From NCBI GenBank assembly GCA_051294375.1, contig CM119264.1, forward strand, positions 3,876,247 to 3,940,246: DNA of 64,000 nucleotides, read 5' to 3'. The notes under the pieces are model-generated. The model saw only the letters and a program-made list of their open reading frames with translations, was not told where the DNA came from and ran no database searches. Source of the stretch: Paraspadella gotoi. Lineage: Eukaryota; Animalia; Chaetognatha. Below, in pieces: positions 35,701 through 46,928 of the stretch. Position numbers and translations under genes: made by a program. Position 1 is the stretch's first letter. The number at the start of each line of letters is the position of its first letter.

Positions 35701-38700
35701 AATTTTGGTCGTAGAGTCAATGAGGTCATGCGCGGTAGGTGAATCAGAGGCCGGCCAGTGGTTCCAACGCTCTGAAGAGAGAGAGAGAGAGAGAGAGAGT
35801 GAGGGAGAGAGAGAGGAGGAGGAGAGAGAGGAGGAGAGAGAAAAGATAAGTTGAAGGGGGAAGAACCTGATGGTGAAGGCGAGGATGAGAAGTATAGTTC
35901 GACGTAACGCCATATCAGTCAATCATCATCTTTTTCCAACCAGAAGGGAAAAGTCTGGAGAGATTTGCGATCATATCGGTTTTGCACGGCAAATCAAGTC
36001 AGAAAATATTTTGACGTAAAAATCGATTTGTAATTGCTGGTCTCGCGATTTCGCGCCTGCGCGGTATTTCGCTCGAGACTCGTTAAGACTTTTAGGGGCA
36101 CAGTCACCAGACCTCTGGAGTGAAGTCTCGTTTTGGCACCGTCCTTTCTTCCTGATGGGGCAAAAAAATGTTTGGATGGGTGGGTGGCAGCGTGTAGGGT
36201 GGAGCATGAAAATTGTCGAATTGAAAAGCAGACGTAAGAAAAAGAAAAGAAATAAATTAAACTGGATGAAACAATAAAGAAGCAATTTTAAGAACCAGAT
36301 AAGAAATAAATATGGAATTATATATTTATTAATAAATATTTGACATTCAAGAATATAATAAACATTAAAAAACCAAGCTTGGAGAAAAGAAAATGAATAA
36401 ACAATAGTTTGTTATTTCCTCTTACCACGTTCCCACTTTTATAGTTTTCGCCCCCCCCCCCCAAAAAAAAGCCCTCTAACATCGCTCAATTCCGACGTCA
36501 CGTGACAGAGCGGCTAGTACTATACAGCTGATGTAGATCGGGAATTGTTATGTTCAATTCTGCCTATTCGATAGGACATGTAAACTTTTTTGTCATGGAC
36601 CTTCTTGTGGCTCATCTGATTTAATACCATCGAGCTCATGAGCCCATAGTAGGTAACGGGGTATCGATCGCCCAATCGCAGAATTGATTCAGGACCATAG
36701 ATCGGCGACCCTCGACTTGGATATAGGAAGAGTTGCCTCGAGTGATACCTCTGATTGGATGGATCACCATCGAACTGACCAATGATAAAACAAAGCCGTT
36801 CGATGAACGATTGGAGACCCAATTTTTCCTGTCCAATCTTCATTCACGACAGCGTCTTTCTGCTTGTGAGGACGGTTTGTAAACCCTCCTTGGGGGCCTG
36901 GAAAACCTCAATCCTGGTTCCAAAGCCAGGACCCGTTCGCCATTGATGCTAGGGGGGCACACGGATAGGGTAGTCTTTCAGCGCATATCTTAGCTTCTTA
37001 TCTATAAGTGGCAACGGGCGAAACTTTCAAAATCCTCTCCGCGGACTCACAGGATGGAATCACAACGCAGATTCTTGCATGAAGCAAACGAGGTAGGGCT
37101 CACTGACGGACTCTTGGAACTTCTGACTCCACCTGCCGCCCCCGAGGTCTCCTAGCGGGACCAGTGAGTCGGGCGGCCATTGTTGCTGAGAGCGAATCAG
37201 ACGTATCCCCCGGGAGCTTTTTCTGAGGTCTTCCTGTAGATGAGGGTCACGTTTTTGATGAAGTTGGCCTTCGAGTGTGGTTTTCTGCGTCGAAGCATTG
37301 GAAACTTTGCGGGCCGCTCGCTGGGTTGGAACTGTGACGGTGTGACACAGGTAAGCGTGTGACCAACGTTCTGCCCGCACTTTGGAAGGTTGAGCGAGGA
37401 CAGTGAGGGGAATAAAGTGAAGGAGAAGTTATATATGGTATTATATTATTAATAATCATATAAATTGAAAGATTAAAAATAAAATGGAAAATATTAAATA
37501 TAAACTAAATTTTACTTTATTAATCAACTTCCATTTACATGTGGTTGTATTTACTTTTAGTTTACCTCTGATATTTTTAAAAATTACGAATTAATAAAAC
37601 CTTTTGTTCCATGTATTGATAATTATATTCTGCAGTCAGACTGTCAAATCATGAAGTTAATCGAACTATGAACCTGAACTAAACTAAACTAGATCCGCTT
37701 CGATCTGACCGTCAAAGTTTCCCCCGATCGCCCGTCGCGGGACGAGCTTACCCTTTGTAAGTACTGTCTTGTAGAACCCGACGATGTTGTGGTGAGGTAT
37801 CTTTGGAACTCGGCTGATGTTGACGGTTCCGCGGTTTGACGGAGTCTTTGGTCCGAATCACCCAGAATTCGTTGGGTTTGATAATCGAAACTTCGTCAAT
37901 TTTGTGACCCGTCAACGTCCGTTTTTGTGATCTTCAACTCGTCTGGTTTCACGTGAATTTCGTGAGACCGAAGTTTCTTTTTTCACGTCGACGGTGATGA
38001 CGACTGGAGTTGGAAATGGGTAATTAGTTTTTCGAGTTGAATCTCGGAAGAATTACCTGTAGCAATATGTTTTTAGAACTGCGGATAAACGCGTCGGCAT
38101 GCATTGTCGTCAAGGTTACAATTTTAACCCTTAATGCTCTTCAAGCATCGTCACACACTTGAGCCAATCAAAATCACACTTGGTGAGAGGAGAGAAGAAA
38201 TCGCATACTATGTCACTAAGGCTGTTATGATGAGCTCAACGAGTAGCGAGAGTGACACATAAGTATTTAATATAGTTATTGATTAATTCTCGACTTTTCA
38301 ATTCCTTCCCCATTTTCACCGCACCCCTTAAAGAGAACGACTCACGGATCCTGTGTAGGTGTTGTCTTTCTCCGCCTCATGTCTGGTTCCAACGTCCAAA
38401 AAATATTGCGTGGGTTCGTAAACGTCGCTCGAATCCGCAGATTGCACCAGACGCCATTGCATTCTGTTGGGATGGTGTGGTGGTAGCTGAAGAAAGAAAA
38501 GGATTTGCGGTCACCGACTTGAAGAGTGAGATTAAGATGTAATGCTAATGCAAATGTAAATAAAAAAAAACCATTTATTTTGAGGTTCTAAAACTTGAGA
38601 AAAAAATGAAGACAAAAACAGAAAGAGAAAAGAGGAAAAGAAAATAGAAAATTGAAAAGGAGAGAAAAGAGTTAAGGCACTTACTAGTAACTACGTTTTA

Positions 38701-40855
38701 AAAAAGCGCAGAAATAGAAAAATGAAAAAGAGACGCAGAGGCAAACGTAAAAAAATTTATAAAAAAAAAAAGCAACGAAAAACCAAATTAAGAGGAGTTA
38801 ATATAAAAAAAATGAAGGTTTTAACCAACTGAATATTAAAAGTTTTTTAATTAGCTTTCCTTCCGAAAGAAATTTTGTTTGTTTTAATTAAGTGGTTCTC
38901 CTGTATTATATAGTATCAAAATTATACTTTTCCAAACCTTCTGTTCTGTTAAACTACGTTTAACTCTTTTTTTGAAAATTCTTGGCTGCTGAGAAAACGA
39001 GGCGAAAAAAGAATTACAGGGTGAGGCAATGTAACGCGTTATGAAGTCAAAACTTGACATCAGCGGCGACTCACCTCAGTTTTGGCGGTGGTTTAATGTC
39101 GGTAACTGCGGAAGATTCCGGGGACTGACCCGACAGACCGACGGAACAGACCGACAATGAGCAAGCAGGCGCGAAGGTAAAACTAAAAACGATGACCATC
39201 TGAAGCAAATGGAGGTCAAGGAAATAAAAAAAATAAATAAACAAATAAATTATTGAAAATGTAACTAAGTAAAGTGATTTATTGAATTAAAACATAATTT
39301 TCGAAGAAAATGATTTCCATTTTTAATGTAAATTTTTGTTAAAAAAAAACCTTAACTTTTAAATAATTTTTATAAATACGATAATTTAAAGTAATTAACT
39401 TTTTTTACCTTTTTTAGTGACAAAATACCCAGCCATGACGACGCAAGAGTAACAATTATATATTTTCGTTGAAGTTATATTCCTTTGATTAGCTTAATTT
39501 CGTAAGATTTTTTTACGATGTTTGATCAAGCGCGCTTCTTCCGAAGTAATGAAAACATTTAAGTTAAAAATTAATAATTGTCGCATAAAAAAGGGAGCGT
39601 GACCGAGAGGCGGACGAGAGGTAAGGAAAAAGAAAGGAGAGATATTATCAATAAAAAAGTTCAAAATGACTCACGTTATCTTTTGTTTACGACTTTCGAA
39701 TTGTTCCTTATCTTTAACGAATTTATTCTATTTATTCTATTTATTTTTTTTTTCATTTTTTAGCGCCCAGATTTTGAAAAAATGTTTAGGTGCAGAATTC
39801 TGATTAGCGGGGGGGGAAATATTGATAGGAAATGACAATAACTCAGATCGGCCGAATTGTGATTGCGAAAAGTAGTTTCGAGCTTTGTTTCGGAGTGTCT
39901 CTCTCTCTCTCTCTCTCTCTCTCCTTTTTTCCTCCTCTCTCTCTCTCCTCTCCTCTTCTCTCTCTCTCTCTCTCCTCTCTCTCTTTCTTTCTCCTAAAGG
40001 GTTAGATGTGTGAATTGCTCTAAAAACCAGACTGGACGAGAAGACAGTAAACAAAGTTGTTTGAATCCAATCATAATTAAATTATTCATAATTTTGGAAA
40101 CACTAGTTTTTTGTTAAAAACGCGGAAAATAAAACTTCCCTCTCATAATAGTCATATGTTTTTTTTTTTTTTTCTCTCTCTCTTTCTTTTTCTTTTTTAT
40201 GTTGCGCCTCGAGACTCGCGAAGAAACCTCTGTAAGTCATTTTTGTCGGTCTTGTCGGGTCGGTCGGGTGTAATGTCTGTTTCGTCGGTCTGTCCCACTT
40301 ACGGTAAAGATCGCTCATAACTCTCCTTATAGTTAATTGCCCATTTGTTAGGACCGGCGCAAAAAACTCAAATTCTAAGCACTACTAGCGCCGCCTTTTG
40401 TTTTACAAAAAAAAATCTCATAATAAAACTGTATAAACTGTATAAAAAAAGACGTTTTTCAAATGCAGTACGTGTCGAAAATACAAGGAAATAACGGGAT
40501 AACAAAGTTCACTGCGCGCGCCAACACAACAATTTCTCTTCTTTGTTTCTCTTTTTTTGTATTTTATTTTGGTCACTTTTCCCGTTTTGTGCTCTCTTAC
40601 CCTGCCACTAAGGTTTAGAAAAGCAACAATAAAAACAAAAAAACAACCAAACAACAATTTCAAAAATAACAACAAACAACGACGACAGCAACCAACGGGA
40701 CAACCTCGTAGCAGGCAATATTTTGTTTACTTGACGATTCTCGGTGTTTTCGAAATGACGCAGCGAAGAGGAGATCTCCTGTAGATAACCTCTCTCTCTC
40801 CTCTCATCTCTCTCTCTCCCTCTCATCCTCCTCTCTCTCTCTCCTCTCCTCTCTT

Positions 40856-40942
<87 letters not shown>

Positions 40943-41436
40943 CCGTCCTCTCTTCGTCCCGCGTAAGGTTTTTTCATGTATTTTGTTTACTTCTGGAACG
41001 AAGTGAATGAGAAAGAAAAAAAAAACATTTTCTTCCCTTTTTCTTTGGATGTAAACAAAAAAGGGAAAACGTAAAATGCGAAAAAGAGCGATTCTTTAGA
41101 AATCTCCACCAAGATTTCTCACCACTTATTGCTTTTCATTTATTTCTCTTTCTGTCTGTCTCTTTCTATTCTCTTCTATTTCTCTTTTTACAATTGTATT
41201 CTTTGCTTGGTTTCTTTGTTCTCGTTTCGTTAGTATTCGTTCGAGGTAGAGAAGGTTTAGGGTAAGCCTTCATCAGCGCAAATGTAATATATTACATATA
41301 TTATATATTATATATTATATTATTACACTAAATCCGAAAATATGTCCGAAAATTGTTTTTCAAAATAAAGTCGTTCGCTGTAAAACCAAAAAATTGTCCC
41401 TACCTGAAACAGAAAAAAATTCCGGCAAATCCTCGG

Positions 41437-41482
<46 letters not shown>

Positions 41483-41787
41483 GAGAAATATTAGAAATAT
41501 AGAACATAAGAAAGGAAAGAGAGGGAAGAGAGAGAGAGTAGAATAAAGAGAGAGAGAGTGAGCCTGAGAAAAGGGTCTGTGCTCTCTGCGCTATTTTCAT
41601 CAAGATGAATAAATCATGCTCTTTAATGGATTGTTGCACAATCGAACAGTTTTACGAGAGAGAGAGCGAGAGAGAGAAAGTGAGAAGAAAGAGAGAAGAG
41701 GGAGAGAGAGAGAGAGAGAGAAAGGGAGGAGAGAGAGAGAAGAAGAGAGAGAAAGTGAAAGAGAGAGAGAGAGGAGAGAGAGAAAGT

Positions 41788-41827
<40 letters not shown>

Positions 41828-43030
41828 GATAATGACGCCAGAATCTGTTTGTTGTTCTGTCTATCGTTATTTCAATACGGAAATGATATTTTCCCTTACA
41901 CAACCGTTTCTTCCTTTTTATTTTTCTCACTCGTGTCGATATATTTTTCACACTTAATTATTCATTTATATTATTATTTTATTTTCTTTTTTTCCTTGAA
42001 AATTTTCGTTTAACTCCATATGAAATCCTGTACATTAAGGCGTAGTGAAAGTAACATACGAAAATTTTAAAAGTCAATTATGTATAACATACCATCAGTG
42101 AACATTAATTTGATAAAAAAATTAATTTTATGTTTTTTTAATTTTCGCAGTAGGCTATAATTATAATATATACTATCCTTATAAAGTTGGAAAATTTCAA
42201 AATAAGCTTTTCTTAATTTTGATTGCAGATTTGAATTCTTGTCAAAAGTTGATAAAAGAAAATATATTCATTTTAAAAAATTCTTTCATTAAGTGGTTAA
42301 AAATTAAAAAAAAACTATATTTATATAAAAAAGTTAATTTTTAGCTTAAAATATAGTTTTTCTAATTTTTTGACCACTTAATGAAGGAATTTTTCAAAAA
42401 AGAGTTATATTTCTTTATATCAACTTTTTATGACGAATCCAAATCTGCAAAAAAATTCTCAGAAGAAACTGTTTTGAAATTTTAACATTTATTGATTTAG
42501 TACTAGTATAAATATGGCTTACTGCATAAATTGTAAAATTTTTATAAATTTTTTTTATTACATAAATGTTGATTAATATAATGTTGTTCGTCCTCTCACT
42601 TTTAGAATTTTAATTAAAGTTAAATTTAGAATTTTACTATGCCTTAGTGTACATATTATATTCATTCCTTTATTATGCAGTACAACTGATTCTCAAATAA
42701 TGTTTCGTCGATTTGTTTGGTTTACCTCGTTGAAAAATTTCAATTTATTTTAACAGTTAAAAAGTTTTTATTTTATATTTTATGACACGGTACGTTACAC
42801 AGGCCGGACTTAAAAGGAAGAAATGATTTTGCAATCATAATATGTATTTTAATTGTACAATACATAATTACAAAAAACGTAAATTTCTTTTACAAACTCT
42901 TATTGGAACTGAAACGACGTCATTTCGTTCGTCAAAAGTTTGAAGATTATTTACGACGCGAGTCGTTGATTCCTGGAGGCGCAGTCAGGAGCAAACAAGT
43001 TTAGAACCTTTGGCTCTCTCTCTCTCTCCC
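32733..43030 (+). repeat. Indel-rich second copy of 23365-32692 (aminopeptidase exons 1-11 and upstream region); probable assembly duplication rather than a true pseudogene
   Basis: Colinear match of exons, introns and transposons, beginning just after a 25-N gap. The copy is ~10.3 kb versus ~9.3 kb, with insertion-biased differences that are densest near the gap. Confidence 0.9.
42039..42643 (+). mobile_element. MITE family B copy (counterpart of 31699-32299 in the duplicated block)
   Basis: ttaa-ggcgtagtgaaag...tttactatgcc-ttag. Confidence 0.75.
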
Positions 43031-43037
43031 TTCTCTC

Positions 43038-43070
<33 letters not shown>

Positions 43071-43174
43071 GTCTCTCTCTCTCTCTCTCTCTCTCTCTCA
43101 CGTCTCTTCATCTCCTTCATCCTCTCTCTCCGCTTTACCGATCCTCTTCCGACGGGTCCGTCTTGTCCCAACAA

Positions 43175-43360
43175 CCCTGGGCCACGCCCAACCTGGACGT
43201 TCCCGGGACGCCACGCGTCGCAATCTGACGTCACCGCGCCTCGAGTTTCGTCGTCGTCGTCATCGTCGTCGTCGCAGACGAGGAAAACAGTCGTTGTCAT
43301 GGGAACCCTCGTTGTCGCTCGCGCGCGTTGTCATGGGAATAGGAGTTGTTATGGTAAGTT
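43175..43360 (+). promoter_or_regulatory. CpG-rich promoter-like island and probable first exon
   Basis: CCACGCCC (GC/KLF box, 43182), perfect CRE TGACGTCA (43226), and a consensus donor ATG|GTAAGT at ~43354. Confidence 0.45.
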
Positions 43361-43464
43361 TTATTGTTATGGCGAAACGAGAATCTTCGTCGAAAAATGA
43401 GGGGAGTGACTAGGGGGGGGGAAGAGGCGAGTGGGTGAGGGACATGAAGGTAAGGATGACGAGA

Positions 43465-43606
43465 AAGGGGAGTCTGTTGCGACGGATTATCGATGCCTTG
43501 ATCGCTTATTGGGCTAATGCTTCGTCTCCGAACTCGATTGGTCGGAACGCTTCCCGCGAAATGAGGGACGGGGCCGGACGAGCGGGTTTAATTACCCCGT
43601 ATAAAT
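43465..43606 (+). ncRNA. Possible H/ACA-type snoRNA
   Basis: Branched 5' hairpin (ggggagt/gcttccc closing gacgga/ttcgtc and tccga/tcgga), H-box-like AAATGA at 43559, 3' hairpin acgggg/ccccgt followed by ATA (ACA variant). Lies between donor aag|gtaagg (43450) and acceptor-like ttcag (43613). Confidence 0.3.
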
Positions 43607-43713
43607 CCTTCAGCCTGATTTTAAGTTCCTGGCCGTTCAATGGTTATTCCAAGTCGGCCAGGTGTTTTTTTTTTGGTCGGTCGAAGGTAAGGTGGACGAG
43701 AAAGGAGCTGTGA

Positions 43714-43813
43714 GTCGATGATGAAGATAAGGTCAGTATTGTGATGGTGGTCACTACGGGTCCAAAGCCCTAAGCGCCCGTTGCCATAGTATATAATTCG
43801 ACTTGAGACCGAC
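43714..43813 (+). ncRNA. Possible C/D box snoRNA
   Basis: gtcg-ATGATGA (C box) ... CTTGA (imperfect D box)-gac-cgac terminal stem; internal stem atggtg..acggg/cccgt..tgccat. Lies ~27 nt downstream of donor aag|gtaagg (43687). No rRNA target recognised. Confidence 0.35.
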
Positions 43814-43931
43814 ACGCTTAAAGATTTTGATTGATGTAATGATCAACATTGCTAAAAATAACGAATGAGTTTAAGGATGGAAAAATATCTATACTGAGTC
43901 AGCGATGTGTTGACAAAAAGATGCAGATATA

Positions 43932-44191
43932 GCAACAGCCGGGTTGCCTGTGATGCCCATTGGGATGGGGCATCTCACTGTTGGCTTTGGGGGCTTCCGA
44001 CCCTCAGTGACGCCTCCAGTCACTGGCGCGGTTACCCTAGGACGGTCTCGCTTTGCCAACGCAGAGGGAAGTCGTTAGGACTGTGGATGGAACACTACGC
44101 CTGGGATGGTGTGTTCCCCCTCTGAGCCAATGGATTTGGCTGACGGATGGTGGACGTGAGGCGGTGTGAATATACCGCCACACAGACATAA
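43932..44191 (+). ncRNA. Candidate highly structured RNA (~260 nt), family unknown
   Basis: Stems: gcaac/gttgc; gatgccc/gggcatc; cagtgac/gtcactg; cagaggg/ccctctg enclosing agtc/gact and ggaacac/gtgttcc; agccaa/ttggct; ggcggtgt/ataccgcc; then ACA. Confidence 0.4.
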
Positions 44192-44970
44192 TTTGAATAA
44201 ATCATAAAAAGATAGAAAGTTTTAGAATAGAACTCGGAATTTTCTCGTCGAACAATAGCGACGTAAACCTCGTCGGCCATCTTGGATAACAGGTCCGAGG
44301 TCGAGGACCGGAAGCTGATGTCTCCCTGGCGGCGATCATCGGAAAACGATGGCGCGACGCGGGAAAGAGGGCCAATGCGGGTGGTTTAGGGTGATTTTTG
44401 AGAGTTTTGTCACTGCATGTTATAATTCATATGTTTTCTGGTTTTCTTTTTAATTTTAAACCTTAAAACCTTTCAGATTACTTGTCAGTCACAGTCAGAA
44501 TATTTTCCGCCTGACACGCGTTTCCGTCTTCTTCGTCGAATGCGTAAAGCTTTCTGCAAAACCAATAATGCATAATGCATAATGCATATTTCCCTTCAGT
44601 CCTATGTCGCGGCATATCTCCAGCCCACATCATTTTACCTCAAATTCCAACCAACTTTTTCCTACTCCTCTTCTTTCTCTGGCAACAACGATTTTCTCTC
44701 TAAAAAAATTCCATTTGACTCAAAATATTCCAAAGTCGATTCTTTTCTTACCTTAACTCACCCACCGACCCATCACTTTCCCAACCCAAAAAGCGAGGAA
44801 CACTTTTCTACTTTGCTCCTATTTTTCCCCCAAGGCGCAAGAATTTCATGTTTAATTCAACTCAAGATTAACTTTGTGTTTATTAATCGGCTGAAGCTCG
44901 ATTTGTTTATGTTTTGCTCGCGGGACCCTAGAGGGGAAACGACGACGAGAACGACGACTATGAGTATGAG

Positions 44971-45002
<32 letters not shown>

Positions 45003-45388
45003 CACGACAACGAGGTACATAGACGCCCGGAGGCGGCGGGTCTCCATATGAATAAGAAGACGACGATGTGATTGAAGGTGCCCTAGCGACCTGGCGGTCT
45101 GGCTGATGGCCGCCTGGCAGACTGTCGTCCTGGCGGATGGCCGCTGGTGGGCTGGCGGACTGGCGGCCTAAGGTAAAGATGACGACGGAAATTAATTAAA
45201 GATGAGGTTTTGATATGATGCTATGTGCTGTGATGCTATGATGCTGTGATGGAAGATGATTCAATGAACTTGTGGGATAGAAAGATATATGCGAATTTTA
45301 GAAAGACTTGATTTATAAATGCGAATAGGAATGATAAATATAAATGAGGACTGAATATATAGGAATACGAGAGATAACATAATTATAA

Positions 45389-45979
45389 GGCGTAGTGAAA
45401 GTTACATACGAAATTTCTAAAAAGTCATTATGAACAACATACCATCAGTGAACATTAATTTGTAAAAAAAATTTCTTTTATGTTTTTTTAATTTTCGCAG
45501 TAGGCTATATATAGTACTATCCTTATAAATCGAAAAATTTTAAAATAGACTTTTCTTTATTGTGATTGCAGATTTGAATTCCTCGTCAAAGTTGATAAAG
45601 AAATATAAATATTTTAAAAATTCTTTCATTAAGTGGGTTAAAAATTAAAAAAACTATATTTAATATATAAAAATTAATTTTCAGCTTAAAATATAGTTTT
45701 TTCTAATTTTTGACCCACTTAATGAGGAATTTTTCAAAAGAGTTATATTTCTTTCCATCAACTTTTTATGACGAATCTGAAATCTGCAAAAACTTAGAAA
45801 AACTATTTTGAAATTTTAACATTTATTGGTTTAGTAACTAGTATAAATATGGCCTACTGCGTAAATTGTAAAATTATTATAAATTTTTTATTACATAAAT
45901 GTTCATAATATAATGTTTGTTCGTTCTTTCACTTTTAGAATTTTCACATTAAAGTTAAATTTAGAAATTTTACTACGCC
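45389..45979 (+). mobile_element. MITE family B, full-length ~590-bp copy with terminal inverted repeats
   Basis: Left (ta)aggcgtagtgaaa, right ttttactacgcct(taa): TIR GGCGTAGT(G/A)AAA, flanked by TA/TTAA-like target. No ORF. Confidence 0.85.
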
Positions 45980-46885
45980 TTAATAATTAACTCAGTTTCA
46001 GAGGTAATGAAAATGACACAATGGACAATCGACTCTTGATGATTTAAAAGGAGGAAAATCGGAAGGATTAAATAAATAGCGATGATTACGCTAGAGTTAA
46101 AGATGACAAAGATGACATTATGGTGTTTAAACTAAAAAAAAGAAAAACAAAGAATATGACGATGATGAAGGAAAAAAAAAATAGAAGCGCCAAAGATTAA
46201 AAAGAAGAGAGAGAAAACGACGCCGACGACGACGACGACGACGACGACGACGAAAACGTCGAGGGATTTGGAGGAGGATAACAGTGATTTTCTCACTAAC
46301 GACGCCTCAGGCGACGCATATAATCACGAGTTCCTCTGAGCGACGGAGATTCGCTTTCCTCAGTTCATAACCTCAACTCAATTCTAGAGTCTGGAAGTTG
46401 GAAGCCGAGTCTGTGATCTCGGTGAAAAACGAAGAGAATCTCACTGCTAAAATCTGCTTTTGTAGCTAATTTATTCATTATGGATAAATATTAATTTGGA
46501 ATTGTATGCTTATATACTTTTGACGCCAGTACTATAAAAAGATTTTAAGATTCGAAACACAATGATAAATATTCAAACTTTAAATCTTAACAAAACTCAA
46601 CGGAGAAGATTAGTTTCCGAGCTTTAACCACAAAGTCTCATCACCTGAAAATACTCAGAGAGAGAGAGAGTAGAGGAGGAGTAGAGAGAGGAGAGAGAGA
46701 GAGAGAGAGAGAGTACAGAGAGGAGAGAGAGAGAGAGAGGAGATGAGACAGCCTGGAAAATACTTATATCGGCTCAAGGCCGCTTGAACACAAAATCGAA
46801 AAACCAGAAGGCGACAAAATAACTGTACTCTTACCCTTGTCCCTTTTTCCGCGCCTTTTGCTACCGCTGTAAAGCCCAAGTTTAA

Positions 46886-46928
<43 letters not shown>

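Noticed and set aside
43585-43597. GGTTTAATTACCC, identical to the first 13 nt of nematode SL1
   Set aside because: Similarity stops there; no convincing 22-nt leader, SL stem-loops or Sm site. Probably chance.
43765-43775. AAGCCCTAAGC as a telomerase template for (TTAGGGC)n
   Set aside because: It sits in a small loop closed by acggg/cccgt, no canonical U-A triple-helix pseudoknot follows, and nothing in the window supports that telomere motif.
44510-44542. Second hammerhead-like string on the minus strand (GAAACGCGTGTC)
   Set aside because: Core is degenerate (TCGACGA) and stem II is absent.
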